Assembly: GCA_001275005.1 (NCBI GenBank)
Contig: JWZX01003086.1
Location: 1 to 43,036, forward strand
Reading direction: 5' to 3'
Origin: Chrysochromulina tobinii
Taxonomy: Eukaryota
Length of the DNA: 43,036 nt
Part shown: piece by piece, positions 10,571-20,930 of the stretch
How positions within the stretch are numbered: the first letter of the stretch is position 1
How the letters are laid out: every line of letters starts with the position of its first letter
Translations under genes and position numbers: made by a program
Notes under the pieces: generated by a model
Databases searched by the model: none
Seen by the model: the letters and a program-made list of their open reading frames with translations, nothing else
What the model was told of the DNA's origin: nothing

Positions 10571-12963
10571 ATGACGCGTGCCCGCAAGGCCTCGCTGGCA
10601 GCACTGGACACGTCGCAACGGACCACCGAAGCAGCTGATGCGTCGGCCAGCAGTACAGCCGGCGACCGCGTCCAGCTTTCACGTTTATCTCGCTGGATGG
10701 CACGAGGGAAGGCGCTTGCCGTGAAGAAGCGGTTGAATTCATTAGCTCCGCCTTCAGTCGATCGCACCGAGTCTTCGGACGATGAACCAACCAGCCAACC
10801 TCAAGCATCTGGAAAACCCCGCGACTCCGACCTGAGCACACGCCCTGGATCGCCAGGGCGGGTGTCCACTAACGGCCTGGTCGACTCTCCTGTGCTTACG
10901 CCGATGGATGTGCAGCGCCAGTGGCTCTTCGATGCCGAGAGCAACCCGACCATCGTCCTAGGGAGCCTGCGCGTGCCGGAACCTAAGACGCTGCAGTTCC
11001 TGACAATTCAATCGCAGCTGCACGAAGTGCATGTAACGACGACTCTCTCCGATGGCGCAGTCGTGTACACCGCTGCTCCTGCCTCCTCGGCTACGATCGA
11101 TGCGGCCGCCGTCACTGCCACTCCGTCGATGACAGCGGCAGAGGCAGAATTGGCGGGGATTTCAGGGGCGGAACTGGTGCAGCAGCGGCTCAGACACACT
11201 TCGCGAGGCATTGAGTGGGTAGGCGAGCAGCGAGCACATATGTTCCCTCGGCTCGCACCTTTGCCCGCGGAGGCTGAGCGGTTGGCTTCGGAGGCAGCCG
11301 CAGCGGTGGAAAAAGAGCGGCTTGCGGCGATTAGGGCGGAGGCGGAGCGTACTGCTGCGGAAAAGGCGGAGGCTGAGCGGTTGGCTGCTGAGGAAAAGGC
11401 TGAGGATGAGCGGTTGGCGGCTGAGGCGGCCGCAGTGGTTGAGGCGGAAAGGTTGCGCCTGAGGCTGGCGTTGGAACGGCTTGATACGGAACGGTTGGAC
11501 TTGAAACGGTTGGAGGCTGAAGCAGCCGCAGATGCTGAGGCTGAGAGGGTGCGGCTGCGAGTTGCATTGGAGCATTTGGAGGTGGAAGCCAAGGCTGAAG
11601 CAGTCGCGGCTGCTGAGGCTGAGAGGCTCCAGGCGGTCAGGTTGATGGCCCAAGCATACGCCGTGAGAAGTGGTAAAATGAGTCCATCCGCTGATCACCG
11701 CGCTCAGCGTGATCGTGAGAAGGCCAACGCCGCGACCAAGCTGCAAGCCATGCGCCGTGGCCAGCAAGTGCGCCGCAACGATGCTGCGCGAGCTGCACCG
11801 AATGCGCGACCGCTCGGGTGCTCTATTGGCCTGCTTGTCGATGGGGAGCAGACGAGGCCTAGCCTGGACATGAGACTGCGCGATGAGGAGGAGGAAGCGA
11901 GGCCTAGCCTGGACGTGGTCGAGCACGCTGGAATGAACGAGGCTCATTACATGATCGACGAGGACGTGCCCCACCTCCCGTCCTGCCTTGGTGTGGTTGC
12001 GGTGCACTCGTCCAAGGACGGCGACACCGCGCCGGCGAAGTTCACAAGTCGTGCGAGCTCGGCCTGGAAGAGCCTTGGGGCGAGCTATGCGGCGGCAAGA
12101 GCATCCTCATCCGCAGTGGAAGTCGTCACACGATTACGAGCAGGATTAGATTCGATTGGGAGCAGGCGGGCGTCCAGCGAGACGTCGCTGCTAGACCTCG
12201 AGAGTCAAGCGCCGAGTGGCGACCTCGACCTCGAGAGTGGCGCCGCTGGTGTCTGCCTTGCCAAGCCAGAGCGCCTGGTTTCCGAGCACTCGTGCTGGCA
12301 GTGGCTGCTCTCGGCACTGCTGGGCGCACTGCTGGGTGTGTGCCTCGTGCTGCTCGTCGTTGTGATGGCGATTTTGTCCTTTGGCTTGACGAAACCTTCA
12401 TTGGCGTCGTTGCTGCACCGCCCGCCGCCCTTGCCGCACTTGGCGCACTTGCCGCCCTCGTCGGCCTTGCCGCCCCCAGTTGCCGTGATGGTGGGCTTCA
12501 CCAGCGCACAGACCTGCACGGAGACGTGCAACTACGCCTCAGATGGTTCGTGCGACGATGGTGGACCCGGATCAGAGTATTTGATCTGCAGCCGCGGCAC
12601 CGACTGCACCGATTGCAACCCCCGAACAATGACGCCGCCGCCGCCGCCCATTGCGCGCATCGTGGCGATGATGGCGGCGTTCCCAGGCCGAGCAGCGCCC
12701 CTACGGCCACCACCGCCGCCAACGTTGCCACTGCCGCCGCCATCGAAGCCACCGCCGCCATCTCCACCCACACCGCCGCCACCGCCACCGCCGCCGCCTC
12801 GCTTGCCTCCTCCTCACATCCCGCCGCCCGCGTTGCCGCCCTTACTCCCGCCGCCACGGCCGGATACGCCTCCTTGCTCACCGCTTCCGAGTCCACCGCC
12901 GCCATCGCCGTTGTACCCGCCTGCTGAGCCTAAGGGAACACCAGATTTGCCACCGTCACCACT

Positions 12964-13013
<50 letters not shown>

Positions 13014-13519
13014 TACTGCCTCCGCTGCCTCCGCCTCCGCTGCCGCCGCCTCCGCCATCCGCGCCGCTGCCGCCATCAACGCCGCTGCCGCCATCCGCAC
13101 CGCTGCCGCCATCCGCGCTGCTGCTGCCGCCGGCCGTCCTCAGCCAAGCTCAATTCTTCTCCCTCGCCGGCGGCCTCTGGATCTCACTGTTCTGCTTCTT
13201 GGGTCTTGCTGCGGCCGTGCCCTGCGGCGGTGAGGACGACGAGGGCGAGGCCGGAGCCGCCGGCGCTATCGTATCGCCTGGTGACGATCCTCGCATACGG
13301 CTGCTCACGTCTGGCGGCGGTGGCGGCGCGTCCTCCTCTGCTGACGGCGGTGGCGGTCGACAGAAGGCCCCACAGAAGCTATCCTCTAAACGGCCAGAAG
13401 AGCTCGATGAGTTCCGTCGATTACCGCCACGGCCGCTCCCGCCACCTCCGGGGCTAGTTCAGCAACTGTTCAGAAACGTCTTCGGTGGTTTCCGCTGTTT
13501 GCCGTACTGGCTCATGTAA
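10571..13519 (+). CDS. Membrane protein with AEAER coiled coil, IQ motif, Cys-rich module and polyproline stalk (may be a 3' exon of the preceding gene)
   Basis: ATKLQAMRRGQQVRR (IQ motif); TM helix; CTETCNYASDGSCDDGGPG..C..GTDCTDC; long Pro-rich tract; second TM helix. Confidence 0.6.
12964..13012 (+). repeat. (CCG)n microsatellite encoding poly-Pro
   Basis: Direct reading. Confidence 0.95.
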
Positions 13520-13940
13520 ATCTCTCAAGCTTGGCAACATTCAAAGTATACAAAGACGGCTCGTGCTCGGTTGTACCATAGGCGTAGCCCTTATCGTCGA
13601 ACAGGCGGCCGACGGAGTTCGGGAGCGGGACGATCATGCGGCGGAGTTTAACTTGCGAGTATACACTGACACCACACAGAACGACATAAGAGCTTTGCCT
13701 ATGCGACCTATAAAATACATCCGGACTACATCGCGTACATGTAAGTACTCGCAACTCGGGTCGATACGACATACGTCAACATAACACCACGGGTCGGCCC
13801 GGCTTTACGGTATGCTAAAGGTACACGACACTCAGCGTGTAGTCCGTAACTCACAATGCACGCACTCCTCTCCGTTTTCCCCGCAAGGAAGTCGGCCGGA
13901 TGCCCATTCACAATGAGAAAAGGCGGGGCTGATTGTCGCA

Positions 13941-16652
13941 ATGATGGCGGCCTCTGTGAATCGCCGAGCAACAGTACACCTCGGCAAGCGCGCCAGGTAC
14001 GAGGGTCGCGTGCACGACGAGGAACGGCACGGCCTTGGAACGCTCTTCATCGATGAGGGAGATGGAGAGGAGAGCGCGCTGCGCGTTACGTGGAGGCACG
14101 ATGTGCCGCACGGCGTCGGCTCCTTGGTGGAGCCTGACGGCGGCCGTGTGAGTGGCCACTGGTATGATGGTGAGCTGCGCGGGCTAGTGCGCGAAGAGTA
14201 CGCCGATGGATCGCTGCGCTACATCGGACGCTACGCTCAGGGCGAGCGCAGCGGCGAGGGCGTACAGGTTGGAGCTGACGGTGGCTGCTTGGTGGGCTCG
14301 TGGGCTGCTGGCGCTCTGCACGGGCAGTGCTGTGCGTACCTATATCCGGACGCGGCAGAAGGCCTAGCATTCATCGGAGAGTGGCGCCATGGTCGAATGC
14401 ATCGCGCGAGGCGCATAGCGATGCCACCCACGCCCATGCCGAGGCCCACGCCGCCGCCGCCGCCGCCAGCAGCAGCCCATGGGCACACGTATCGGCTGCC
14501 TCACGCTGCGGTGCACCCCGCGCTGGAAAGCCTGCTTGCGCTATGCACGAGCGCACCCGGCGCACTGCTGACGGCGCTCCGTGCCCTGCACGGCCTGCGC
14601 GCCACGCGCGGCGCCGATGCGCCCGAGTACCGTTGCCACGACGACGCGCGATCTCCCCACCGATCTCCCCACCGCGCTGCAATCCGACCAGGCAGCCGGG
14701 AGGCGCTCACGAGGGATCCATACGAGGCGCGGCGCGTGTGTGTGCGCGCCAGCGAGCGCATCCTGGACGGCCTGACGGATGTGGGTGACGGACTCTTTGC
14801 GATCCGCGAGCTGCGACCTGGTGAGGTGGTGGCCTTCTTTGGTGGTGGCGTGCGCCTCGGCCCCAGCACCCTCGAGGCGTGTCAAGAAGCCGACGAGTGT
14901 GCAGCCGAGGATCGTGATGCCAACAACAGCACCCTGGAGCACGAGGCGTGTGAAGAAGCCGACGAGTGTGACGCCGAGGATCGTGATGCCAACGACAGTG
15001 ATGGCGATGCGGAGTGCGAACGCGGTGCTGACAAGGGCTGTGGGGACGACGCGGTCGTCGACTCGGTCGACGCCGCCCACGTCGCGGCGGCACGTGCGGA
15101 GCCCGATTGGGGTACCGTCGCAGCCGACGGCACCTTCATCTGGCTGCCCGAGGCATGGCGCGACTGCTCAAGCTACGTGGCCTCCCTGGGCCATAAGGCC
15201 AATCATGCTGGCTGGCGGGCCAACTGCGAGCTGGTTCCTTTCGAGCACCCGCGCCTGGGACAGTGCAGCGCCTTACGCGTGCTCTCCGGCGGCGGCGGCG
15301 GTGGAGGCGGTGTGGGCGAGGGCGTGGCTGAGGGCACGGAGCTGACCGTGTGCTATGCGCATCTGGTGACGCTGCCGGCCGGGAGCCGGCCAGCGTGGCT
15401 GAGCCGCCTGCTTGAGTTGCGCGCTGAGGAGGGGTATTATGCTCACCTGGCCTTCACACCGCCGCGCACATTGCTCCGCTGCCGATCGTCGATTGCCGCC
15501 AACGGGCGGCTGCGCGTCGTCTCCCACGGTCCTTGGCGTGTGCTCTGGTTTGATGGCGTGGAGCAGGGCATGACCTACCACGAACCTGACGGCCGTCTGC
15601 TCCCCGCGGTGGTCGGCTTCGATTATCAACGTACGATGGTGAGCGCGGCCGCAGCTCTCATTAGTACAGGACTTCATGAGTACAGGACTCATGAGCTCTC
15701 ATCAGTACTCATGAGTACAGGACCTCATGAGCCGCCAGCCGAGCCGTGCGCGACAGGGCTGCCAGGGCGACCGAAGGCGAGCATACCGAAGGCGATCACA
15801 TCAAAGGCGAGCGCGCATGCGCCGCCCTTACCGAAGGCGATCACAACAAAGGCGAGCATGCATGCGCCGCCCTCTATCCTCGTCGTCGGCCTCGGCGCAG
15901 GCAGCTGTGCAGCGGCGCTCATGATGGCGCTTGGGGCTCTCGGCAGCACCTCTCAGGTGGAGGTGGTCGAGATTGACGAGGCTGTGGTCCACGCTGCTGT
16001 GAACGTTCACGGCCTGAGCGTGCTCCGCCGAGGAGGCGGCACCGCAAGTGCCCAACACGGCGGCATTCCTACGGCCACCACTCATCAAGCAGAAAGCAGC
16101 GGTGGCGCGCACCTGCCTCATCGGTCGACTTCGTCGTTTCGTGCAAGTGTGGGGTCGCCTCCACCGCAGGTGCCGCACGTGCCTGTCATCCTGTCTGACG
16201 CGGCGAGCCACGTGCACGGCTTGGCGGCAGGCACGCTCGACTGCGTGCTGCTCGACGCGTATGATGCCAAGGGGCGTGTCCCCACGCACTTGCAGGCAGT
16301 GCCCTTTGTGCGCGCGCTCGGGACAGCGCTCGCGCCCGGTGGTTGCGTGATCGCTAACCTATGGCATGGTACCGCCGATGCGCGCGCTGCAGCGCACGGC
16401 TTCGCACAGCTCCTCGATCGCGACGCTGGGCTGCGGAGTTGGGCGCTGCCCGTCGTCGGCCACGAGAAGAATTGCATACTGATCGCCCTCCGACCCAAAG
16501 ATGGCAGGTCGATTGCCACGTCAAAGGCGGAGCTGCGCCGCCGGCTGCTGCACGCGGCGGCGGCATACGCGGCGGCACCGGAGATGGAGCCCGCGATGCT
16601 GAAGACGATGCGCGCGAATGCGGACACCATTGAGGCGTGGGCAGTCGGGTAG
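13941..16652 (+). CDS. MORN-repeat + SET domain (SETD7-like) fused to a spermidine-synthase-like class I SAM methyltransferase
   Basis: MORN repeats (YEGRV..RHGLG, GHWYDGELRG, YIGRYAQGERSGEG); SET motifs GDGLFA, SLGHKANH, ELTVCY; then VVGLGAGS, VEIDEAVV, VLLDAYD, LAPGG. Confidence 0.8.
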   Translation: MMAASVNRRATVHLGKRARYEGRVHDEERHGLGTLFIDEGDGEESALRVTWRHDVPHGVGSLVEPDGGRVSGHWYDGELRGLVREEYADGSLRYIGRYAQGERSGEGVQVGADGGCLVGSWAAGALHGQCCAYLYPDAAEGLAFIGEWRHGRMHRARRIAMPPTPMPRPTPPPPPPAAAHGHTYRLPHAAVHPALESLLALCTSAPGALLTALRALHGLRATRGADAPEYRCHDDARSPHRSPHRAAIRPGSREALTRDPYEARRVCVRASERILDGLTDVGDGLFAIRELRPGEVVAFFGGGVRLGPSTLEACQEADECAAEDRDANNSTLEHEACEEADECDAEDRDANDSDGDAECERGADKGCGDDAVVDSVDAAHVAAARAEPDWGTVAADGTFIWLPEAWRDCSSYVASLGHKANHAGWRANCELVPFEHPRLGQCSALRVLSGGGGGGGGVGEGVAEGTELTVCYAHLVTLPAGSRPAWLSRLLELRAEEGYYAHLAFTPPRTLLRCRSSIAANGRLRVVSHGPWRVLWFDGVEQGMTYHEPDGRLLPAVVGFDYQRTMVSAAAALISTGLHEYRTHELSSVLMSTGPHEPPAEPCATGLPGRPKASIPKAITSKASAHAPPLPKAITTKASMHAPPSILVVGLGAGSCAAALMMALGALGSTSQVEVVEIDEAVVHAAVNVHGLSVLRRGGGTASAQHGGIPTATTHQAESSGGAHLPHRSTSSFRASVGSPPPQVPHVPVILSDAASHVHGLAAGTLDCVLLDAYDAKGRVPTHLQAVPFVRALGTALAPGGCVIANLWHGTADARAAAHGFAQLLDRDAGLRSWALPVVGHEKNCILIALRPKDGRSIATSKAELRRRLLHAAAAYAAAPEMEPAMLKTMRANADTIEAWAVG

Positions 16653-17002
16653 AAGTTTCGTGTGTACAGCTGAGAGCTGAGCCGCGCTGTGTAAGGTGCG
16701 CTCGGCTAGTACCGAACCTCGCCCGTACACGTGGCCTACACGTGGCCGGGCCCCTCTAGAACCGTGCGTCGTGTGCGGTGTAGTACTACTGTGGTCGTGC
16801 GCAGGCATGCGTGCTCCGCTCCGCGCCGCGCTGTTCGTTGTTGCGCGCGTACAGTCGAGTACGGGGGCCGCGTGCGCGCCGTTATTACGAGCGGGCCGGT
16901 CGCGGGTCGTGACGTCGTGCTCCCGCGCGAACGGCGAGCCGGCAGCGGCACTCAAAAACGGAACGCACTTGCAGAAGGTTAATCTTAAACTCGTAAGTCT
17001 TG

Positions 17003-18358
17003 TCAAACCTTCGCACTTGGAGTGCGACCACGCTTGCTCTCGCTGTTGCTAAGGATGCGGGCGCCGGTTGCCGCGGCTGGCTTTGTCGAGCGAAGGATCT
17101 GGGACGCCTTCACAGCCATCGTCAGCGCCTGCATGAACTCGAGATCGTCTGCGAGGGCCGCGGGGATGTGGGCCGGCGCACGCTTGGCACCCGTGAGCGC
17201 CCCAATCGACTGCTGCATCGCGTGCTCGGTACGGCGGGGGGTCGCCCCCTCAAGTCCGAGCATCGCACCATCGAGCATCGCGTCGCCACGCGGCGTGATC
17301 ATATGCATCTGCACGAGCGCCGACGCATCAAGCGAGGAGCGTCCCCGCAGCGACCCTCGGAACGCAGCCACCATTGGAGGCGCGAGTGGCAAAGGAATCA
17401 ACGACAAGGCTGCCAGCTGTCGACGACGATGCTCTCGCCAGCTGGTCTGTAGAATGCGGGCCGCCTTACGCTCGCGGCTGTCCATGAGCAAGATGAGACG
17501 GCAGAGGGTGCGCATGTACTCGAGCCGACGCCGCGCGAGCCAGCAGCGCGTGTGGCTCTGCACGCGCAGCGCTGCATTGTCGTGCAGCTGCTCGAGGTCA
17601 GCCGGGCCGAGGGCCGAAAGCCTCATGTCGGCCTCCTCATCCTTCAGAAGCGCGCACACCTCTACCGCGCTCTCCTCGCAGCTGTGCAGGTGCTCCTGCG
17701 CCGCTTGCAGCGCAACGAAGAAACCGCGGCCCGCCTCGGCGTGCGAGAGGCGCCCGCGCCGTGCGCCGTCGTGGCTCGCGCCTGCTACTCTACTTCCGCC
17801 GCCGCAACTCGCACCTGGCACGCTGCTTCCGCCGCCGCAAGCCATGCTCTCGCGCACGCGGGCTAGATCGTGCGCGATCGGCGTGGCGGCCGCGGCGGAG
17901 CTTCTCGAGGCAAAGAGCGAGCCGAGCATCCGGCGTGGAGTCGATGGCTGCTTATCGGCTGCGGCGTCAGGAAGCGGCGCACGCGCCTTGCTGCTGCCGC
18001 CGCCCTTGAGCTTCGCTTCCAGCTGCTCAATCCGCTCGGAGTAGGCACGGTGGAACTCCTGGAGCTCTCCGGTGTCGACGAGGTTTGAATCTCGCTGCAC
18101 GTGCAGCGCCAGCCCAAGATAGTGCACGGCACTCTTGTATTCGGCGAGCGCTGCCTTGACGTTGCCGTTGGTGTCCGCGGCGACGGCGGTATTCGCAAGT
18201 TTGAGCGCCTTCTGGGACAAATGAGTGGCTGTCGTCTTGCGCTTGTCATCGGACAATGCACGTGGTGTGAGCGTCGTCACTGCTCGAGGGTCTCTGAGCT
18301 CCGCTTGAGCTTGCTCGAGAGTGCAGCACTTTCCCGTGTCGAGGTTCCGGAAGGCCAT
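17003..18358 (-). CDS. MIT-domain and IQ-motif protein
   Basis: ALKLANTAVAADTNGNVKAALAEYKSAV...YSERIEQL (MIT); RVQSHTRCWLARR and RILQTSWREHRRR (IQ); start could be 18457. Confidence 0.7.
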   Translation of the reverse strand: MAFRNLDTGKCCTLEQAQAELRDPRAVTTLTPRALSDDKRKTTATHLSQKALKLANTAVAADTNGNVKAALAEYKSAVHYLGLALHVQRDSNLVDTGELQEFHRAYSERIEQLEAKLKGGGSSKARAPLPDAAADKQPSTPRRMLGSLFASRSSAAAATPIAHDLARVRESMACGGGSSVPGASCGGGSRVAGASHDGARRGRLSHAEAGRGFFVALQAAQEHLHSCEESAVEVCALLKDEEADMRLSALGPADLEQLHDNAALRVQSHTRCWLARRRLEYMRTLCRLILLMDSRERKAARILQTSWREHRRRQLAALSLIPLPLAPPMVAAFRGSLRGRSSLDASALVQMHMITPRGDAMLDGAMLGLEGATPRRTEHAMQQSIGALTGAKRAPAHIPAALADDLEFMQALTMAVKASQILRSTKPAAATGARILSNSESKRGRTPSAKV

Positions 18359-18486
18359 CTCCCACGACAAACAATGTGGCGTGTGAATCGAGTACTGTAA
18401 ACATTGGCTGTGAACGGTGGCTGTGAAGTGCTTCTGTGAGAGAGGAGCGACAGACATACTAATTTCGAGAATGCGCGCTAAGCGCG

Positions 18487-20178
18487 CTACCTGTAGCTGA
18501 AGTCCATCACAGAGCAGTTCATGCTCGCTAGCACATTCTGCTCGCCACTTCCGAATCGCGTCCGCATCATATGGATGTCGTGCCCCACCGCGGGTCGTAG
18601 CATGAGGTAGTCGATGCGCACTCTGCTTCGCTGCCCCTCATGTTGGGGGATCTCGTGCGTCACGTCCAGGAAGCATTCCCGGTCGGCGTGTATCGTCGCA
18701 TAGAATTCAGTCATGGCCGTGATCGAAATGTTGCTGACCTGGCTCATGGCACGTATGGCACTATCTCCACTCCGGCGCGCATCCGTGCTAACCAGTGGGA
18801 ATGCCAGATTCTTCTTCCGATACCACACCGCCCGTGCAGGTCCGGCGTGAGTGCAGTTGCAGCCCGCGCAACGAAGCGAGAATGTGCCTTGCCCTTCGAG
18901 AGAGCTCAACAAGTAGCCGAGCTTGGCCCACATCCAAACACATCCATAGCCGGCAGGCATCGGCAGGGGCCCGATCGACAGGCTAGCACCTGGCAACGCG
19001 GAAGCGTATCCCAGTTTCTGTACGCCCTTTCGCGCGCCATCGTCCACCAATGCCCACCCTTGCAGTGGCGTGCGGACGGGCAACATGTCCGCGCGATCGA
19101 AGCACTGCTCCCATATATTATTCCATACGCTCTTATCGACGACGCCTTTGCCGCTCGTGGCCGTACCGCGCTGAATGTTGGTTACACTCTTCGTAGTATG
19201 CAATAAAAGCGCACGATCCAGCTCATGGTCTGAGCGGGTGCACAGTGCAGTGGAAACATGCTTTGCAATAAGCCGAACCGTCATGCCGGCTATGAGCGCG
19301 TGACCGGCTGGATTAGGATGAAATGTATCAGATCCGCGCTCCGCATAAAAGTCTGAGAATGATGCGCCCGACGAGATCAAGCAAGCGATGATGCAGTCGA
19401 CCCTTATCACGTCCAGCCCTTGCGTAGCAGCAACGCGATCAATTTCTTCGACCTCACCTGACGAGGTCGCGCACCTTTGAGAAGCATCGGATGAATTTCT
19501 GATCGCCGCCTGCACCTGCAACACTGCGCGTTGGTTTGACCACACGACAAAGGCTACTAGTGCCTCTGGCGCAGCTTTGCGAATTGTGTGGACGATGTGG
19601 TCGACATCAGCTCCCCATACATTGTTTGCAAACTCGATCAAGATCATGTCCGTGTCACGAGGTACGCGCGAGTGTGCACATTGCGCAAAGAAATTAGCGT
19701 GCTGTGCATTCTTTGCCCACACGTTGAGTTCAGCTTTTACGCCGACTGGCTCGAGAATCCTATCCAATAGATCTTGGAGCCGGCGTGGCCAGCCGCGCGA
19801 TGGGTCGCAGATAGGACTCAGCTTGGCGGTTGATTCGTTATGGAGCAGTCCGTAAGCTTCCGCTCCACCGCAGCCAGCAGTTGGTGAGACACCAAGAACG
19901 ACGATGCGAAGTGTGCTGTTGCGCGAATGGATGCGCAAGCGCTCACGATCCTGAAGCGACGAATACACAACGTTGGCCTCGTCTAATTGCGTGATATTTA
20001 GCTGCCTTGAAAATCGCGACGCAACGTACTCACTGCTGTCGAGTGGCTGGAAATGCGACAGCTCGCCAGCAAGTCTGAATGCCGTCGGGGTCAGACTCGA
20101 AGCTTGTGTCGCTGTCGGTAGCATGAACTGATCAAGTGCCAGACCTTGAAAGGCGATGCAGCGTTCATCGGCCGCCAT
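18487..20178 (-). CDS. SGNH/GDSL hydrolase-like protein
   Basis: IVVLGVSPTAG (block I), DMILIEFANN (block III), DTFHPNPAGH (block V). Confidence 0.75.
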   Translation of the reverse strand: MAADERCIAFQGLALDQFMLPTATQASSLTPTAFRLAGELSHFQPLDSSEYVASRFSRQLNITQLDEANVVYSSLQDRERLRIHSRNSTLRIVVLGVSPTAGCGGAEAYGLLHNESTAKLSPICDPSRGWPRRLQDLLDRILEPVGVKAELNVWAKNAQHANFFAQCAHSRVPRDTDMILIEFANNVWGADVDHIVHTIRKAAPEALVAFVVWSNQRAVLQVQAAIRNSSDASQRCATSSGEVEEIDRVAATQGLDVIRVDCIIACLISSGASFSDFYAERGSDTFHPNPAGHALIAGMTVRLIAKHVSTALCTRSDHELDRALLLHTTKSVTNIQRGTATSGKGVVDKSVWNNIWEQCFDRADMLPVRTPLQGWALVDDGARKGVQKLGYASALPGASLSIGPLPMPAGYGCVWMWAKLGYLLSSLEGQGTFSLRCAGCNCTHAGPARAVWYRKKNLAFPLVSTDARRSGDSAIRAMSQVSNISITAMTEFYATIHADRECFLDVTHEIPQHEGQRSRVRIDYLMLRPAVGHDIHMMRTRFGSGEQNVLASMNCSVMDFSYR

Positions 20179-20349
20179 CTGAACACCACCGAGTGGCGAT
20201 TCTGCCTGGAACCGACGACCTCAAGAACTCACACGACGAGAGAGCCGAGCTTCCGCGCACCCGGCCCGCCGCGCGAGCACACACGAGGAGCCCTCACCAG
20301 GATCTGTATACTAGTACGGTACCGGTACAGCAGCGGTACAGTACCGGTA

Positions 20350-20699
20350 TACCGGTAAAAAGACACCGGGGGGAGCCGGGACACACACGGGACACACACG
20401 GGACGCACTGGCGCACACGGGCACACGGATCACATAGACGAACCTCACAACTATCCCAACCCTCCAACGCACCCACACGCACGACCCGCACGACCGACCG
20501 AAACCGCGGCCGACTCAACAGGACAACAGCCGCAGCCCCGGAGCCGACCGCTCCCCGCGGCCGACTCAGCTCAGAAGAGGCCGCCCCCAGCGAACCCGAC
20601 CCTGCCGCCACCCGCTCCCAGAGCGCCTCCCCGCGCCTGCTCGAAGGCGACGGCGAAATGAAGGCGTAAATGGCGCGCGCGGCAGACCGCAGACGCGTA
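20350..20699 (-). mobile_element. ~350-bp 5'-truncated copy of the CRE-like retroelement (ORF end plus 3' UTR)
   Basis: Ends in the family terminus; its far end (reverse complement tacgcgtctgc..cgcgcgcgcc..ttcattt) matches 43000-43027, the end of the RLE ORF. Confidence 0.8.
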
Positions 20700-20725
20700 A
20701 ATACGGTACAAACAGTACCAGGGAC

Positions 20726-20877
20726 GTCCCGTGTGTCCCGTGTGTGTCCCGGCTCCCCCCGGTGTCTTTTTACCGGTACCCCCGGTGTCTTTTAACCGGT
20801 TACAGTAGGTGTCTTTTTACCGGTAGCTTCATCGCGCGGTCGTGCGCGGGGTGCGTTACCGGTACCGGTACCGGTAT
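20726..20877 (+). mobile_element. Three short plus-strand 3'-tail copies (20726-20778, 20779-20800, 20808-20825) and a (TACCGG)3 run
   Basis: Each copy ends ggtgtctttt(t/a)accggt; 20731-20778 is a perfect 48-bp inverted copy of 20350-20397. Confidence 0.75.
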
Positions 20878-20930
20878 TGGTGGGTTAATTAACGGTTCTG
20901 AGGTGTGTCCCCCACAGCTCGCCGGACCCA

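Noticed and set aside
20350..20778. Classical MITE with 48-bp TIRs
   Set aside because: The interior is homologous to the RLE ORF end, and the same terminus occurs singly with variable truncation; paired LINE tails fit better, though a MITE is not formally excluded
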